This document shows positions 39,917 to 53,530 of a stretch of 64,000 bases of DNA, in pieces; the stretch's first letter is position 1; the number at the start of each line of letters is the position of its first letter. The notes beneath the pieces were generated by a model, which did not search any database, was not told the DNA's origin, and worked only from the letters and a program-made list of their open reading frames with translations. Both the position numbers and the translations under genes were made by a program. The stretch is from Paramecium tetraurelia (lineage: Eukaryota), in assembly GCA_000165425.1 (NCBI GenBank), contig CT868285.1, positions 248,001-312,000 of the forward strand, read 5' to 3'.

Positions 39917-40697
39917 ATGAAATCACAACCTAATTAATTATTAGAAAAGATCAATAATTGTCATATACTTGTTAAACAGCATTCTAAACCATCAATTCAC
40001 TTTAAAAAAATGGTTCTAACTTATCACTGGAGCTTAGCTATAAATAAACTATAAAAAATATTCACTTTGAGATGCAAAATGCCCTTATAAATATTAAAAA
40101 ATGATGAACAATAAATGAAATAATCTAGATCTGAGTAAAATAGTTAGATCTTTGTAAACAAATTAAATAAGCATGTTCGATATTTATCGTTATAACCAGA
40201 AATAGAAAGTGAATCATAATAAGAAAATTATCAGAGTTAGGAGCAAATAGAAGACATAGAAACACCTTAAAAGAGTACTCCTTCTTAGAATAATCTTCTT
40301 AAATTGAACATAGCAAAAATTTCGAATCAATAGGGAGATGTAAAGGAATCTGCTCATTTTCGGTCATAGAATAGTTTAGATCAATTAAGGTTCAATGAGG
40401 AATTTTTAGAATTATTTAAAAAGCAGAGAGAGTTGACTCAATTTGGATAGCTATGTAAACATGAATATTATATTTTCAGCTTAAAGTAAAATCAAAGAAT
40501 AAGAAATACTAATAAAGAAAATAATAGATAGTAGGCCAAGTAAACCACATCCAGATTTAAAAACATTTCTTTCTCTTCTGAAAAAGCCATAGATTGAAGT
40601 TCAGCAAGCTAAAATTATATAATAAAATTAATAGCCTGTATATCTGATTCTTATTATTCTCTTCATTAGCTTGATTAGTATTTATATAATTGTTTGA
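39917..40697 (+). CDS. Hypothetical tail-anchored membrane protein
   Basis: Open frame with one intron; terminal hydrophobic helix PVYLILIILFISLISIYIIV then TGA. Confidence 0.7.
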
Positions 40698-40718
40698 TTT
40701 ATATAATTAAAATTTATA

Positions 40719-42172
40719 ATGCAAAAACGATTCTTTATTGCATTGTTAACACTAATGTTAGTTTAGACTAAATCAGTAATGAAAGGTGTTATTGAATTTA
40801 CAGCACCAAGTTGTTGTGATCCTATCATTAGAAAGATCACGTTTCCAGATAAATTCTCTGATATCCCTTAAATTTTGGTAACGATTAGAGCCATAGAATA
40901 TGATGCAGGTCCTGTCGGATTTTTCTGTTAGATTTAAGATGTGACTGAATAAGGTAACTACAGAGAATCTATGTAGACTTTACATTCTAATTGACGGTTC
41001 TCCATGCCACATTAAAAGTTTTAGCATATGAATATATTGCAATTAATTAAGATGAGGTTGAATTTGGATATTTTAATGTTGATGCACTTTCGATGTTGAA
41101 GAAAGCAGAAGCTGGAGATAGAGTCATACCATCTTTATTGACATTTAAAAGAACATTTACTGAAGACCCAATAGTTTAAGTATTCTTAGTAGGAGTGGAA
41201 TCATAATCAAAGCTTATACAATTCGAAGTTTCTCCATTAACTGTTTCATTACACGGAGTTTAATTGAATTTTAAAAAGTTCGGAGACACAAGCGTTTAGA
41301 AAGTCTAATTGGCCTATGTTGCTACATAGTCTAGCAAGGAATTAGCATAATAAGTTACACATACTGGTTAAAAACAAGCACATATTGAACCTGTTGATCA
41401 TACTGAGGAATCTCAAGCATCAGAAAAAGTTGAAGAAACCAAAGAATTCTTATAATTAAGAAGTAAACCAAAACTCATTTAAATAAATGGTATTAATGGT
41501 CTAAGATTTACATCGTTGCCTGTCACTTTTATGTGGTAGGGAGATTAAATTGATCCAACTGCTTTGAATGTGAATCTGAGAATCACTTTGGATAAAGGAA
41601 ATTAGGCAGTTTTGGGATTGTATTATTTCGAACAGAAAGAATATAAAAAATGCCCTATCGTTTACTCGATGTGTAATTACTAAGGATCAAAAGTATACTT
41701 ATGTAAGGATGTGTCTGATTTCAATTCAATCATGAGATTAGCCAAAAGTATCTATATTCCAGAGAAAGCATCAGTGGTGGTCTATTAAGATCCATCTTAC
41801 AGTGGAGCAAAGAGCAAGATAACTAAGAGTATACCCTGTATATCTGATTGGTTCACTGATGTGGCTGAAACAGAGATGTCAGATATTAAATAGTTTCTGT
41901 AAATCAATTAAATGAAAAGACACAAAGATTAAGAATTTAAAGAAATCCATTTAGATAATTAAAAGCAATTGAACAAGTTTAACATGGTTTAATTACCCCG
42001 TTGGAATGAAGCAGGTGATAAAATCGAGGTAGTTTAAGCAATCTTAGATTCTAATAGTCCTCCTGCAAATTCCTATAAACAAGAGTTAAGTAAGATTATT
42101 CTTTTAATTATTTTAGTATAAAAACTGAATGAAGAAGAGGAATCATTTCTCAAAAAAAGACAAATTTATTGA
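40719..42172 (+). CDS. Secreted protein: tandem H-type lectin-like domains plus beta/gamma-crystallin-like domain
   Basis: Signal MQKRFFIALLTLMLVQT. H-lectin-like ITFPDKFSDIPQILVTI..QDVTEQDF..YEYIA and LTFKRTFTEDPIVQVFLVG..FGDTSV..AYVA. Crystallin-like CPIVYSMCNYQG..KSIYIP..VVVYQDPSYSG..SIPCI. Two introns. Confidence 0.75.
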
Positions 42173-42236
42173 CTGATTTAAAATTTTAATAAAAAAATCA
42201 TTAAATATATTACTCATCTTAACTGAAATTACTTTC

Positions 42237-43830
42237 TCAAGCTTTAGATTTAAGCTATTAAAACTTTTATCGTAATTCTTTCCAAGCCTACTAAATTTCA
42301 TTTGAATCTTGAACATTGCTTTGACTTTATAATTGTAATAGTTATGCGTCATTGAAATCGAAATAGTTGAAAATATCTAATATTTTTGCTGTAATTGAAT
42401 TCTATCTAAATTGACCAACAAAATTACAAATGATTTAAGCAAATAAAAGATTTTCATTTTTATCTGAATCTTCTAATTTTTTAACTAATAATTCAATAAA
42501 ATATAAAAAATAATAGATTGCCTTCTCTAAAGTTTCGCTTTTTGCAATTTAGCTTAGTTAAACTATTTGCTTTTTGCATTATTAAAGATCCTACAAATTT
42601 TGTTATTTTATTAGAATATACATAATTCTCCATGTCTAAACTCTAAATTCAAAATATTCACTTTAAACTAAAATTGAGCATATGTTTAATATTAGCTTGA
42701 AATTATCCCTTAAAATAAGAGTGTCATTTTTCTCAATCTTAAATTTATTCATTATCAAATCAGTTGAAATATCTCCTACAGGTTATAGAGATTAATTTAG
42801 ATAGATTAGCAATTTAATTTCTTAGAGTTAATTGCATTCATAATCCTGAATAACATTCTTCGCCATTTAGGTTCCTAATTTAATGATTTCAATGTTGTTA
42901 TGCAATAAAGAGTATCTAAGAACTTCAATAAAATCGCTTTAATCAATATTACTTACTTAAAGTAACTAATGAAAAGCAGATAGCTAAGTTTACTTTTAAT
43001 TGATTAAGCAGCATTTAATTAGCAGATTAGTAAAATTATTAATATTTGTTTTGCTATATAGTTCTTTAAGTATTTATAATAAAGGACTTAATTAAATCTT
43101 TGAAATGTATTTCTCTGAAAAATCTACTTTCTGAGTCCGCAATCCAATTAATTAATAATTGTCTTAATCTTATTATAAGTAACAATTATTTTAAAAATAA
43201 TTAATGATAACTTCATAGCAATCTTAAAAATTATCACATAATTATAACGATGAATTCATGCTTTATACAAGTTTTTCCTGAATTTCCAAATATTCAGGTT
43301 TTTCAAATACGTCATTCTAATTCATTAATAATGTTAATAATTTTGATGTGTTTTCTTATAGCATTTCTTCTGATTCTTCCAAGTATTATGTTAGATGAAG
43401 TTTAAAAATTTAACTTAAAATTTTGATATCTAGAAATTAATAATTTGATTCTAAGTAAAACTAAAAACATATAAAACATTAGTACAATTATTATCATTAT
43501 TCCTGCATTATTATCTTGCCATCTAATACTTTATAAAAGAGTAGAAATTAGGATTTAAATGCTATTATCAGGCGTCAAATATTACCTATAGAAAGCTTCC
43601 TTGATAATGATCTAATTGGTTAATTTTGATGAGTCATATAGTGTATCAATCAACTTTTTAAGTTTTTTAGTTGCTTGAATTCCTCTTGAAAAATCGGCAT
43701 CTCCGGCAGCTATTGCGTATTAGTAAAAATTTTAAAAGTTCTTAGTAAATTTAGAATTATAATTTTCATCGTCATTAATCAATTTCTTATATTTTAGATT
43801 CAGTTCTTCTATCTTTTATTCCATCGACAT
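42237..43830 (-). CDS. Hypothetical alpha-helical protein (~490 aa)
   Basis: ATG 43830 (MSMEQKIEELN); long code-6 frames joined by several introns whose boundaries were not all resolved; probable TGA at 42237. Confidence 0.55.
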
Positions 43831-43872
43831 CTAATAATTATTTTTTTGATAAATAATTTATATGTTAAATTA

Positions 43873-45484
43873 TCATTATTAATTTTATTCTAAAAGTCTT
43901 AAAAGACATTTCATATTCTACTGTTTGTGTTCGTCCATTTCATTTTGGCCTTCAAAGAAACTATACCTAAGGGGACTGGCAACGATTGGAATATAATAAG
44001 TGTAACTGATAGCATAAGCCAACAAAGAAATTAAAAATGGAGCTGGAATATTTTATTATAAAATGAGCATAATGAAATTGCAGGCCAAAGCTAAGCAAAC
44101 TGAGATGATATGAGTAACCTTATTCAATTAATCGTCTAGAGAATTATTACAATTATTACATAAATTAATTTTAGACCTTAAGTCAACTTCGCTCAATTCT
44201 TATTGATTCATATTATGGTTTTACTCTCTGATTAATTCATAGCCCTATTTGAGGGTTGTAAATGTTAGGTATGAAAATTTATCCTTTCCAAAGAATTACA
44301 GAAAGCTCCTTAAAAAGTTCAATGGGAACAAGATAATTAAATATACGGCTTGAATTCCTGCCTTCCCAATTTAAGGGAGCACTGTATTTTATCTTTAATA
44401 AAGGTTGTATTCTGAAAGTAGGGAAATCAAAATAGCAAAGTACAGATAAAGTATGAATGATAAGGTCGGCACAACAATGTTAAAGACAATAGAGGTTTCT
44501 CCAAATGCGTATTAAGAGGACTCTTAACTTATGGACAAAGAAGACCTAGAATATTTAATGATTAGTTAGATACATGTTAATAGTATAAAATAGGATAAAG
44601 TTGATAATTTAAAATAGGATCAATGGCCAAGATGATTTTTTTGGTTTTTCATTTTGATCCATTTAGTCATTATTCAAATAATCCTTATAATAGGAGATAG
44701 TGAACCAATGAGTAAGTGGAAACACTGAAAATTTAAGTCTATCCATCGAATATTTAAAGATTAACAAGCACAATAAAAGACCCATAAAAGCCATCAACCC
44801 TAAATAAACCAAGTCCATTTTATTAAGCATCATAATAGCAGCCATTTGTGATAAATCGTATTATGAATCATTTGAAATCAAGCTAAAATGAATAGAAATA
44901 TTATTATACATTTCATTGGCCTCCTGGACTGATCTATATTTCCTCAGCAGAATTAAAAGAATAGCAAAGCTGAGAATCATGGAAACTATTTATGAAATCT
45001 TGACTATGAATTCTGCATAATCTCTGTAAAATGCCAAAGTCCCGCAAATGATGGCTAATGTAATGAAAATTATGCAGATTATCACTAGGGAATCATCCTT
45101 TAAGGATTAACTAATGTACATTTAAATAGGTTTTTCAACATATGGTTCTAATTAATAGAAATTCTTGTCTAGAGTAGGCAAACAGATTTAATTTTCATCT
45201 ACATTATAATGAAATATACATGCTATGAAATTTGGTTGATTGCTTCTGCTCAAGTGTTTATGAATGCTTTATTTTTTGGCAATTTCTTTTTGATTGCAAT
45301 CAGATACACATTGCATATCGAAGGAATCAGTATATTTGATATATTGATTGGGACATATCTAACCTTTTTGTGGTAGTCCAATTTTCGTATAGGGGATTTA
45401 CATTTGAAGAACCACATCAATGGCTATGTAGGATAGAAATGTTAAAATAGTTAATCCAAGGCACAGTTGATCGGTTAAGGCCAT
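43873..45484 (-). CDS. Multi-pass membrane protein, divergent choline transporter-like (CTL/SLC44)
   Basis: N-terminal TDQLCLGLTILTF helix, Cys-rich extracellular loop (QCVSDC, ICLP), then many hydrophobic helices; this layout matches SLC44/Pns1. Confidence 0.6.
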
Positions 45485-45527
45485 TTAAAAAATAACAATA
45501 AAAAATAATTAAAGTATATGATATCAA

Positions 45528-46767
45528 TCATTTTCTAATTAATTAGAGACCTGCTGGATTGTGTGTCTGAATTGATAAGAAATACTCATAAACCTCTACT
45601 AATTCTTTTTCGGCTACAACTTTGGTTGTGCCAGGTTAATCAACAACTATATCTAATATTAAAAATTTGGTAAGATATCTAATGCATCTACTTAATTAAC
45701 TAAATTGAAAACCAAACACAAGTTCAACGAATGGTTTATAAATGCGCTAAAAATCAAGCACATCTTTCTCTTGAACTTTATTTTCCACTATTCTTTGATA
45801 AGTACATCCACAATATTGTTTTAGTAAAACCAAATAAAGTAAGGATGAAACTATTTCTCGATTGGTAAATTGATATAATTTAATGTCTAAAACTACACAA
45901 TCTAAAAAGTTCATAAAATGCCTGAATAATGTGTATGATGATTATGTTGGTTATTTAATTTATAGATTGGCCTAAGGATAATATATATCCCATTAGGATA
46001 AGTACCATGAGCTCCAAAGATAGAGAGTAGGTGGATTGATCATCCACTTTAATTCAGTTAATATTTATTACTCTTTATCTAAGATTTATTGCTCGGTGAA
46101 TCCATAATTACTAGCTGATGAAAAATCATTTACTTTTGGTGGATAGATTTCCTAGAATAAGTGATTAGTATACTTCAATTTTACATGCAATTAATAGACT
46201 TGCTAAGCCACATAATTGGAGTTCTGATTTAGTGACGGAGACTTTAGACATATATCTATCCAAGTTATGAATACATAAATGGAAGGTCTCTCTCTTTAAT
46301 GTGAATTCTTTACAGACTTCACTAATCCAGTCATATAAAATTGATCTCATTAATGGAGATATATGACATTAATGTTCAAAGAACTATGGATGAATTTTAT
46401 ATTCCAATTCTTTTTAATATAATAGTCTCAATGTCATTTCATCAAATATTCCTTCTTTTTGATCATTGATTTCTATCTATTCTTGACATCCAATGTCTAT
46501 TTTCTTCAATTTGGTTCTTTGAGATTAAGCTGTTTTTTTAATTAATTAGCTAATTTATTTTCTAATATCCTCCGTATTCGTATTTTAGGATGATTTTTGT
46601 TTCCTTTAGGTGTCATTGCTATTCATATTTTCCTTATTCTTTAATCCACCTACAGAAGCCTTCCTTATAGTGATTTACTTAGGTGAAGGATCAAGAAGAG
46701 CAACAGCACTTAAATTCTTGCGCCTTGCATCCTGTATAATCAATCGACACTGTAGTGGTTGCTTCAT
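45528..46767 (-). CDS. Cyclin (cyclin E-like cyclin box)
   Basis: MRSILYDWISEVC..LKRETFHL..LDRY..LQLCGLASLLIACKIE-EIYPPK, ILTELKW, C-terminal IQTHN; one intron. Confidence 0.9.
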
Positions 46768-46817
46768 TCAAATTTAAATAACGAAAATAAACATAATTAA
46801 CTTTATCCATAATATTA

Positions 46818-47541
46818 TCATTTCGATGCACTTTCTCTATATCTCCTTGTTAATTACATTATTCCTTATTCTTTTTAATAAGGCGAAGTGCACAAGGCTG
46901 TATAACTTGAAGATCTCCCTAATCTGCATGAATTTGCAACATTTAACGAAGAGCTTGGCCTATAGGGTTCCTATTTATTAGGCTATAAGATGTCATGAGG
47001 TAATCCATACATAATCGAAATAACATACAACATATACGACATATTCACCTAAATTAGAGCTCATTGCTCTTCCACATCCAATCTAAAATAGCATTGATTA
47101 AAGCAATTATTGAGAAGATTATTTGGATTACATCCATTCATTTAAAATAAAGTATGGGTCTATGTTCCATTTTTCTGTATGAACAAGTTACTTATAAATC
47201 AAAAATCCCTATTAAGCTTTTTACTAAGTAAAATGAATACTTACATTTCTACAATTGAGAGGGTGTTCTGGACAGGTTTCAGAGCACTCCTAAGCTAATT
47301 TGGCTAGTTCTTAAGACCATGTTGCAATATGCATATCAGAGGCTGGTTAAATTTAGCCCTTATGATTTGCTCTTCTTCCCATGGCTACTTGATTGCGAAT
47401 TGTATTAAAATTGTATTCAAATTAAGATGCCTATTTTGAATTTAGACTTTTAGAAATAATGTTGCAGTTTGATTCTTATGGTTATGCGCTCACTTAGGAA
47501 CTGATATTTAATATAGTGAATGATAATATTATTACGATCAT
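46818..47541 (-). CDS. Secreted CAP (SCP/Ag5/PR-1) domain protein
   Basis: Signal peptide; NTIRNQVA..PASDM..WSQELAKLAQ..C; IGCGRA..YVVCYF; C-terminal Cys pair; two introns. Confidence 0.8.
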
Positions 47542-47641
47542 TATTTTTATTATTAATTCAAACTTTAAATTTATTGTAAGACTTTGTATTTAATCTATGA
47601 GAATATCCTAAGAATAGAATTAAATTGATTTATTTTATTAA

Positions 47642-48457
47642 TCATTTTAATAATACTGATAATTCAACGTCTACTCTAAAATATTTCTTGGCTGATTAAT
47701 TTGGAATACATGTTGCTTAATTTAATATTTCTGCTGCTTTGGGATCACATTAACCTGTTGCAGAATTATTTTCACTATCCAAATATTTAAAATTAAGGTA
47801 TTCATGAACTTCTAGATTTAGCAAACGAGCAATATTTTTAGCTTTTCGTTTAGCATCTTTGATAGCTAATTTAAATGCCTTATCCTTTGCTTTATCTACT
47901 TCTTTTTAACTATTTGAGTAATTAACTCCAGCCCCTCTATTTAAGCCCGAATTTACACATTCAACAATAATTTTATTAATCATATCTATATGCTTGGTTG
48001 TTATATATAAGTAATTGGTGACCAAATATTCTTCGACTTGTGTTTTATTATCATATATCAAAGAAATCTACTATTTTCCTGTCTCTATTGAAAATCTTTC
48101 AAAAAACACCGACTCTATTCCTAACTTCATAGAGCCATTCAGCGATTGCTCCTCTTTGGGATCCAAGAACGATCGTGGATCTGAAAAAATCCATTTAATT
48201 GTTTCCGCAGCTGTGAAGACTAAACTGTTTGCTAAGTATAAAGCATTATCAGCCTATTTGTCACGAGATTCTATAGGAAAAATGACAGTTCCAATTGTAG
48301 GCTATAATTCGACAATTCCAGATCCAGTTACTTTGATTTTGAATTCATTCTTATGATGGTGAAGTTTTTAATCGGGGAACATCTCTGTTTAATCTAATTT
48401 GATTGGATCAATAGAATTGGATAAAACTGCAGATATAAAGAAAAGCAATAAAATCAT
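47642..48457 (-). CDS. Secreted SIMPL/DUF541 (BP26/YggE-like) protein
   Basis: Intronless; signal MILLLFFISAVLS; IKVTGSGIVELQPT, YLVTNYLYITT, AKDKAFKLAIKDAKRKAKNIARLL, terminal VDVELSVLL. Confidence 0.8.
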
Positions 48458-48866
48458 TTAATATTAGAACTCAACATTTATATCAAAAGAGTTCCTATTA
48501 TTGGTAAAGAAATACCTAAATTGAATATTATTTTTATTATCCTAGAGATGCTTTGAACTTACATATGTAGAATTGAAAAAATATTGATTTTACATAAAGT
48601 CATTAATGTATTTAAATTTAAGATGTAAGATTAGATTTCAATTTATTTTTAGGCTGTGATTAAAATATCTTTTAATATGTTAAGAGATTTTTTTATAGAA
48701 AGTTATTTTTCCTATAAGGCATATATGGAACTTAGGCTTAAAGACTTAAAAACAAATCATATGAGAAATCTAATTTATCTAAATTGTTAGTAATGGATTG
48801 TTAGCTATTTCAGAAAATTAGTATAAAAACAAAATTATTAATGTTATAATTAAATAATAAATTGAG

Positions 48867-49475
48867 ATGAGGTAGCTAAGCAGTCCACTCACTACTCTTT
48901 AAGACAATTTATAAAGTAAAAGCATGCCAAGGATTCATTCTAAATAAGAATAAAGATTTTAACTCCCAACATTGAAATCAAAAATTAACAATTTAATTGA
49001 TTCTGAGGATTAAAAAGCATAATAAGTGGGTTAGATTTTTTAAGGCTTAGTAAAAGGGAAAACAATCATGGAATAAAAAAATAAAATTGAGTTTCCAAAA
49101 ACATCATAAAATTTTTATCGTATAATTTACAAAGCATAATATTCATTCAGACCAACTAAACTGAATCCTAGACAGGTCAGCATGGATTAACCAGCAATAT
49201 AAAAGAAATTAGGGGGTCCTGCATTTGCCTTTAGAACAATCCAAACTTCTGAAGAGTAACTAAGGAAACCGAATTTAGAAGTTATTGCAAGGTAGTAAGT
49301 AAATTATCTTAATGATTCTCAATCAATAAATGAAAGTTTAAACACTGAAATTAATTAAATATTATATGGAAAAGGATAGAAAAAATTGTAAGTAAAGTAG
49401 AGATTAAATCAAGCAAATAATAATAATGATACTAGTAATATTATTAAAGAGGAAAGTGAAAACTCATTTATTTGA
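48867..49475 (+). CDS. Hypothetical protein (~200 aa)
   Basis: Uninterrupted code-6 frame from ATG 48867 to TGA 49473-49475. Confidence 0.6.
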
Positions 49476-49755
49476 TTAATAAATTATAATGGTAGTTTTA
49501 TCTTGTGTATTATTCTTAATTTTATTTAATTCTTAATTTTTTTAATTTTTGCTATCATTAAATGTCATTCTAAATTTAGGAATCTATTTCTATTCATATA
49601 ATAATAAGAATTTTTTAGTTTAATTTTATTAATTGTGATTAGAGTTGGTATTCTAGGATAAATTGTTACTTTTTATGAATGACATCCATATATTTATATG
49701 TAAATAATGCATATATCAAAATGCCTATACAGTGCTAAGATTAGCAGAAATTGAC

Positions 49756-50052
49756 TCAATCTGAAGAGTCAGTTTAAATAGTTAACGATTAGGATCTTTT
49801 TCTTTTTTCCTAATTGAAATCTAGTAAATCTCTGAAACTACAATCTGAAATAGTGTCACCAATTATTATATTAACTATTCCTTTAAGACCTTCAACTTGA
49901 TATTCTTCCTATAATTATTTAACGAAATCTTCGTCGTCCATCAATAATTTCTTTAATTCTGACTTCTAATCTTCAGTGATTTTATTTTCAAAGCGTAAGT
50001 TAGAAATCAACTTTAAAACTTCCTTAAAGAAATCAGCTTATTCATCAGCCAT
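49756..50052 (-). CDS. Small hypothetical protein (~98 aa)
   Basis: MADEQADFFKEVLKLISNLRFENKITEDQKSELKKLL...; TGA at 49756; an internal intron is possible. Confidence 0.55.
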
Positions 50053-50243
50053 AATTTAATTTAATAAAATAAATATTGATCCACACAACTTTCAATTTAA
50101 TTAAACTTAGAGTAATTATTAAATTATACTTCTTTTTCTTAAATAAAAGTCTAAATGTCTTGATAATGAGGTGAGCAATTAAATTTCAATTAAAATTTAT
50201 TTTCCAATGAATATTAAATAAAATATTTATTGAATATAAAAGA

Positions 50244-51008
50244 ATGCCTATCTACCCAACAGCACCTCTTACCAGTTCTATTCCAGCTCCAGTGAGTGTT
50301 GTTTAACCAGTAAGCTATGCCCAACCAGTGACTTATGCTCAACCTGTCTCATATGTTCCATAACCAGTCTAATATGTGCCCCAACCTGTTTATCAATAAC
50401 CCGTTATTGCTCAGCCAATCCTCACCCAATCAGTTGTAGCTGCCCCACAATAGGCTCCAATCAAAGGGGAATCCAGAGTTGAATACAGAGAATTTCAAAG
50501 ACCTGTAGTTGAAATGGAAACAGAAACTATTTAAGTTCAAGTACCAAAAACCAAATATGTGACTGATTATTATCCAGTTGAATACTAAACTGAGTACATC
50601 CCTAGAACAGTTTATGAGTAGTAAACTGAATATGTGCCAGTCACTAAAACTGTGCCTAGAGTTGAATATGATGCTGTTGAGAGAGAAGTATAAAGAGTGG
50701 TAAGTTCAATAATGAATAATTTATTAGTAATATCAACCAGTCTAGACTGTTCCTGTTTAACCAGTTGTTTAATCAATTGTTCAACCAGTCCAACCACTCA
50801 CTTATTCAGTTGCTAGACCAATTGCCTAAGCTCCAGTGTATGCTTAACCAGTAGTTGCTCCAGCTCTCACTTTTTCAGGTGTGAGACCAGCTTATGCACC
50901 AGTATGAGATATTTATTCTATATTTTTTAGGTTTACCCAAGTTATCCACCAGTTGGTGCTAGAACACAATAACCATAATAACCAGTGCCATCCAATAAAC
51001 CATAATGA
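50244..51008 (+). CDS. EPI: Epiplasmin (cortical membrane-skeleton protein)
   Basis: P/V/Q/Y-rich arms flanking the central domain IKGESRVEY..VTDYYPVEYQTEYIP..EYVPV..PRVEY; two introns. Confidence 0.9.
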
Positions 51009-51186
51009 GATATTATTTCATAGACATTTGCACAGAATATTAATTATCATTTTCAAAATTTTGATTTTATTATATCTAATGATATTTTAATCTAATGAAA
51101 AATTAATTGAAAATCCATTCTAATCTTAATTCTTCATTTCTTTTTTATGGTTTGATTTGATATATAATTAATAATCACTACTAAAT

Positions 51187-52614
51187 ATGAGTTTAAATAG
51201 TTCCAAAATTTATGCAAATAGATTCGTAATGAAGAAAAAATTGTCGTAAGGATCCTTCGGAATGGTTTATCAAGTTTTTGATCGAGCTACAAATGCTGAA
51301 TGCGCATTGAAAGTTGAGTTGGAAGACAATTAGGAGAAGAAAACATTAGAAAGAGAAATTACTATGCTTATCTAATTGGAAAATGTTGAAGGAATTCCAA
51401 AACTGATATGGTATGGTTTTGAAGGACAGACTTAATTGATGGCATTACAGCTTCTAGGTAAAGATCTAAGTTATTACTTAAAACTTTATAAGAAGTTCTC
51501 ATTTAAATGTTGTTTGCAAGTTGCTTACGATTGCATAGATATTTTAAAAAATATACATAAAAGGTTCATCATACATCGAGATTTAAAACCAGAGAATATT
51601 ATGATGTCAATCGATTTAAATTAAATATACATAGTAGATTTTGGTGTAAGCAAGATTTATTTTGAAGCAGATCACATGTAAAAATTATTTGTAAAAAAGT
51701 CTTACAAAGACCTTTTAGATAGGACAAAGATTTTATTGGTACTCTGAGGTATGCTTCAGTTGCTGCTCATAAAGGATAAGAATTAGGAAGAAAAGATGAT
51801 TTAGAATCATTATTTTATGTCATCTTTTATTTCCTAAGAGGGAATCTACCTTGGCAAAACATCCCAGTTGAATCTAGTGAACGCAATAGAATTGTTGGAG
51901 AGATGAAATAAACCATTCCTGTATAGGAATTAACAGCAACCAAATGTCCAGAATTCATTAAAATTTTCCAATACATTAGAAAATTAAAATTTGATGAATA
52001 GCCAGATTATGAATTTATTAAAGATCTTCTTGCAGAAGCAGCTAAAAACAATAATATTAAATTAGATGGATATTATGATTGGACAGAGGGAATGAAATTC
52101 AGTAAAAAACTTTCAGAATCTAAAGTTTCTTTAGACAAAAAGGAACCCTAATCACCTAAATAATAAATGAAAAGCACCACCAAAATCTCAAATTAAGTGA
52201 TTTGGTCCGTGTGTGATAATTCAAAGTATTTATTATACTATATTCACAGTCGACCTCAATCATAAAAAAATCTTTTAATGCCTCCAGAAATATAAAAAAA
52301 AAGGAGTGATATTCATCATTTTTCAAGTGGATCAAATATATCTGTTGTTATGGGCACCTACAGTTCAATGAGATTAAGGTATCTGCCATCAGCGATTAAT
52401 AAAAAGAGTCCTGGATTAAAAAGGATGGTTTCGATAGAATTTGTTGCACATGATGAATCTGTATACTAGGAGTAAATTGATGAAAACTTTGAGGAAAATC
52501 CATTAAATGAAAAGTATAAAGAGTATCCAAATGAAATGTAATCATATTCTGAATATTTGTAGATGTTTTAAACAGAACAATAAATTTAATTAGATTTAAA
52601 AATTATGTAATTGA
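51187..52614 (+). CDS. CK1: Casein kinase 1 family kinase
   Basis: [48 protein letters not shown]; 3' end depends on intron choice. Confidence 0.92.
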
Positions 52615-53530
52615 TTATATTTGTGTATTTAAATGTTTATATTTACATATTCATAAATGGAATTAATTTTATAGATTATTTGGTTTTGGCTTTAGTGATT
52701 GCAGTAATAGATATAAATTGCATTATATTCAATATCTAGTGAAATGAAAATAGATTCTGATTTATAATGTAGAATTTTTACGTATTGCTAATTAATATTA
52801 TTAAGTGTTATTTGAGTTTTTTAGATTTTAGATGGTAAGCCTGTATTGTAAAGTGTAATAGTCATTTACGCATTTAAGTTGATATGCAAATTCAAATTCA
52901 AACAAATATAAATAATAATAATAATCTGTGATTACTTTATTAGGGACGAGGAAGAGAGATGTACAGAGAAATACCTAATATCTAAACCTTTTTTCAAGAT
53001 TAATTCTAAAGAACTGACATTGACAAATAGTAATTTAATTTTTTATTCTTGTGATTAATTAATCTTTCGATTATTCGATTATTGACTCTATAAAATATGC
53101 AACAAACAGGAAAAGAGATTATTGATTATTTTACTAATTAAAGTAAAATAGTAGATTTACATTTTTGAGCAATTTTATCAAGAAGTTTGATTAACAAATT
53201 TTATTGGTCCTGCCATATTTTATCTTTCTCAATTTTTAATACTGGTTAGAAGTTGAATAGATTCATTTGATTAATGATATAGGTAAAATAGTAATGGAGA
53301 TAACCTTATTGGTAATACCTTTTAAGATCGATTCAATAATCCAATCATTTTGAAAGTGAATATAATTAGAAATATTATTAATTTAGTTAACTTTTTGAAA
53401 TTGAGATACATATAAAAGTATAACTTCAATATTTTTTAGATTATTAAAGGATGTGGACCTAAATTTTACATGTGATTTCCAGGTAAGAGGAATTGGGATG
53501 TATTGAATAAATATAATATAATTATTAATC

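Noticed and set aside
52640..53520. Possible gene or pseudogene between CK1 and the CHR transporter
   Set aside because: Only short coding-like patches with TGA stops; no family recognised.
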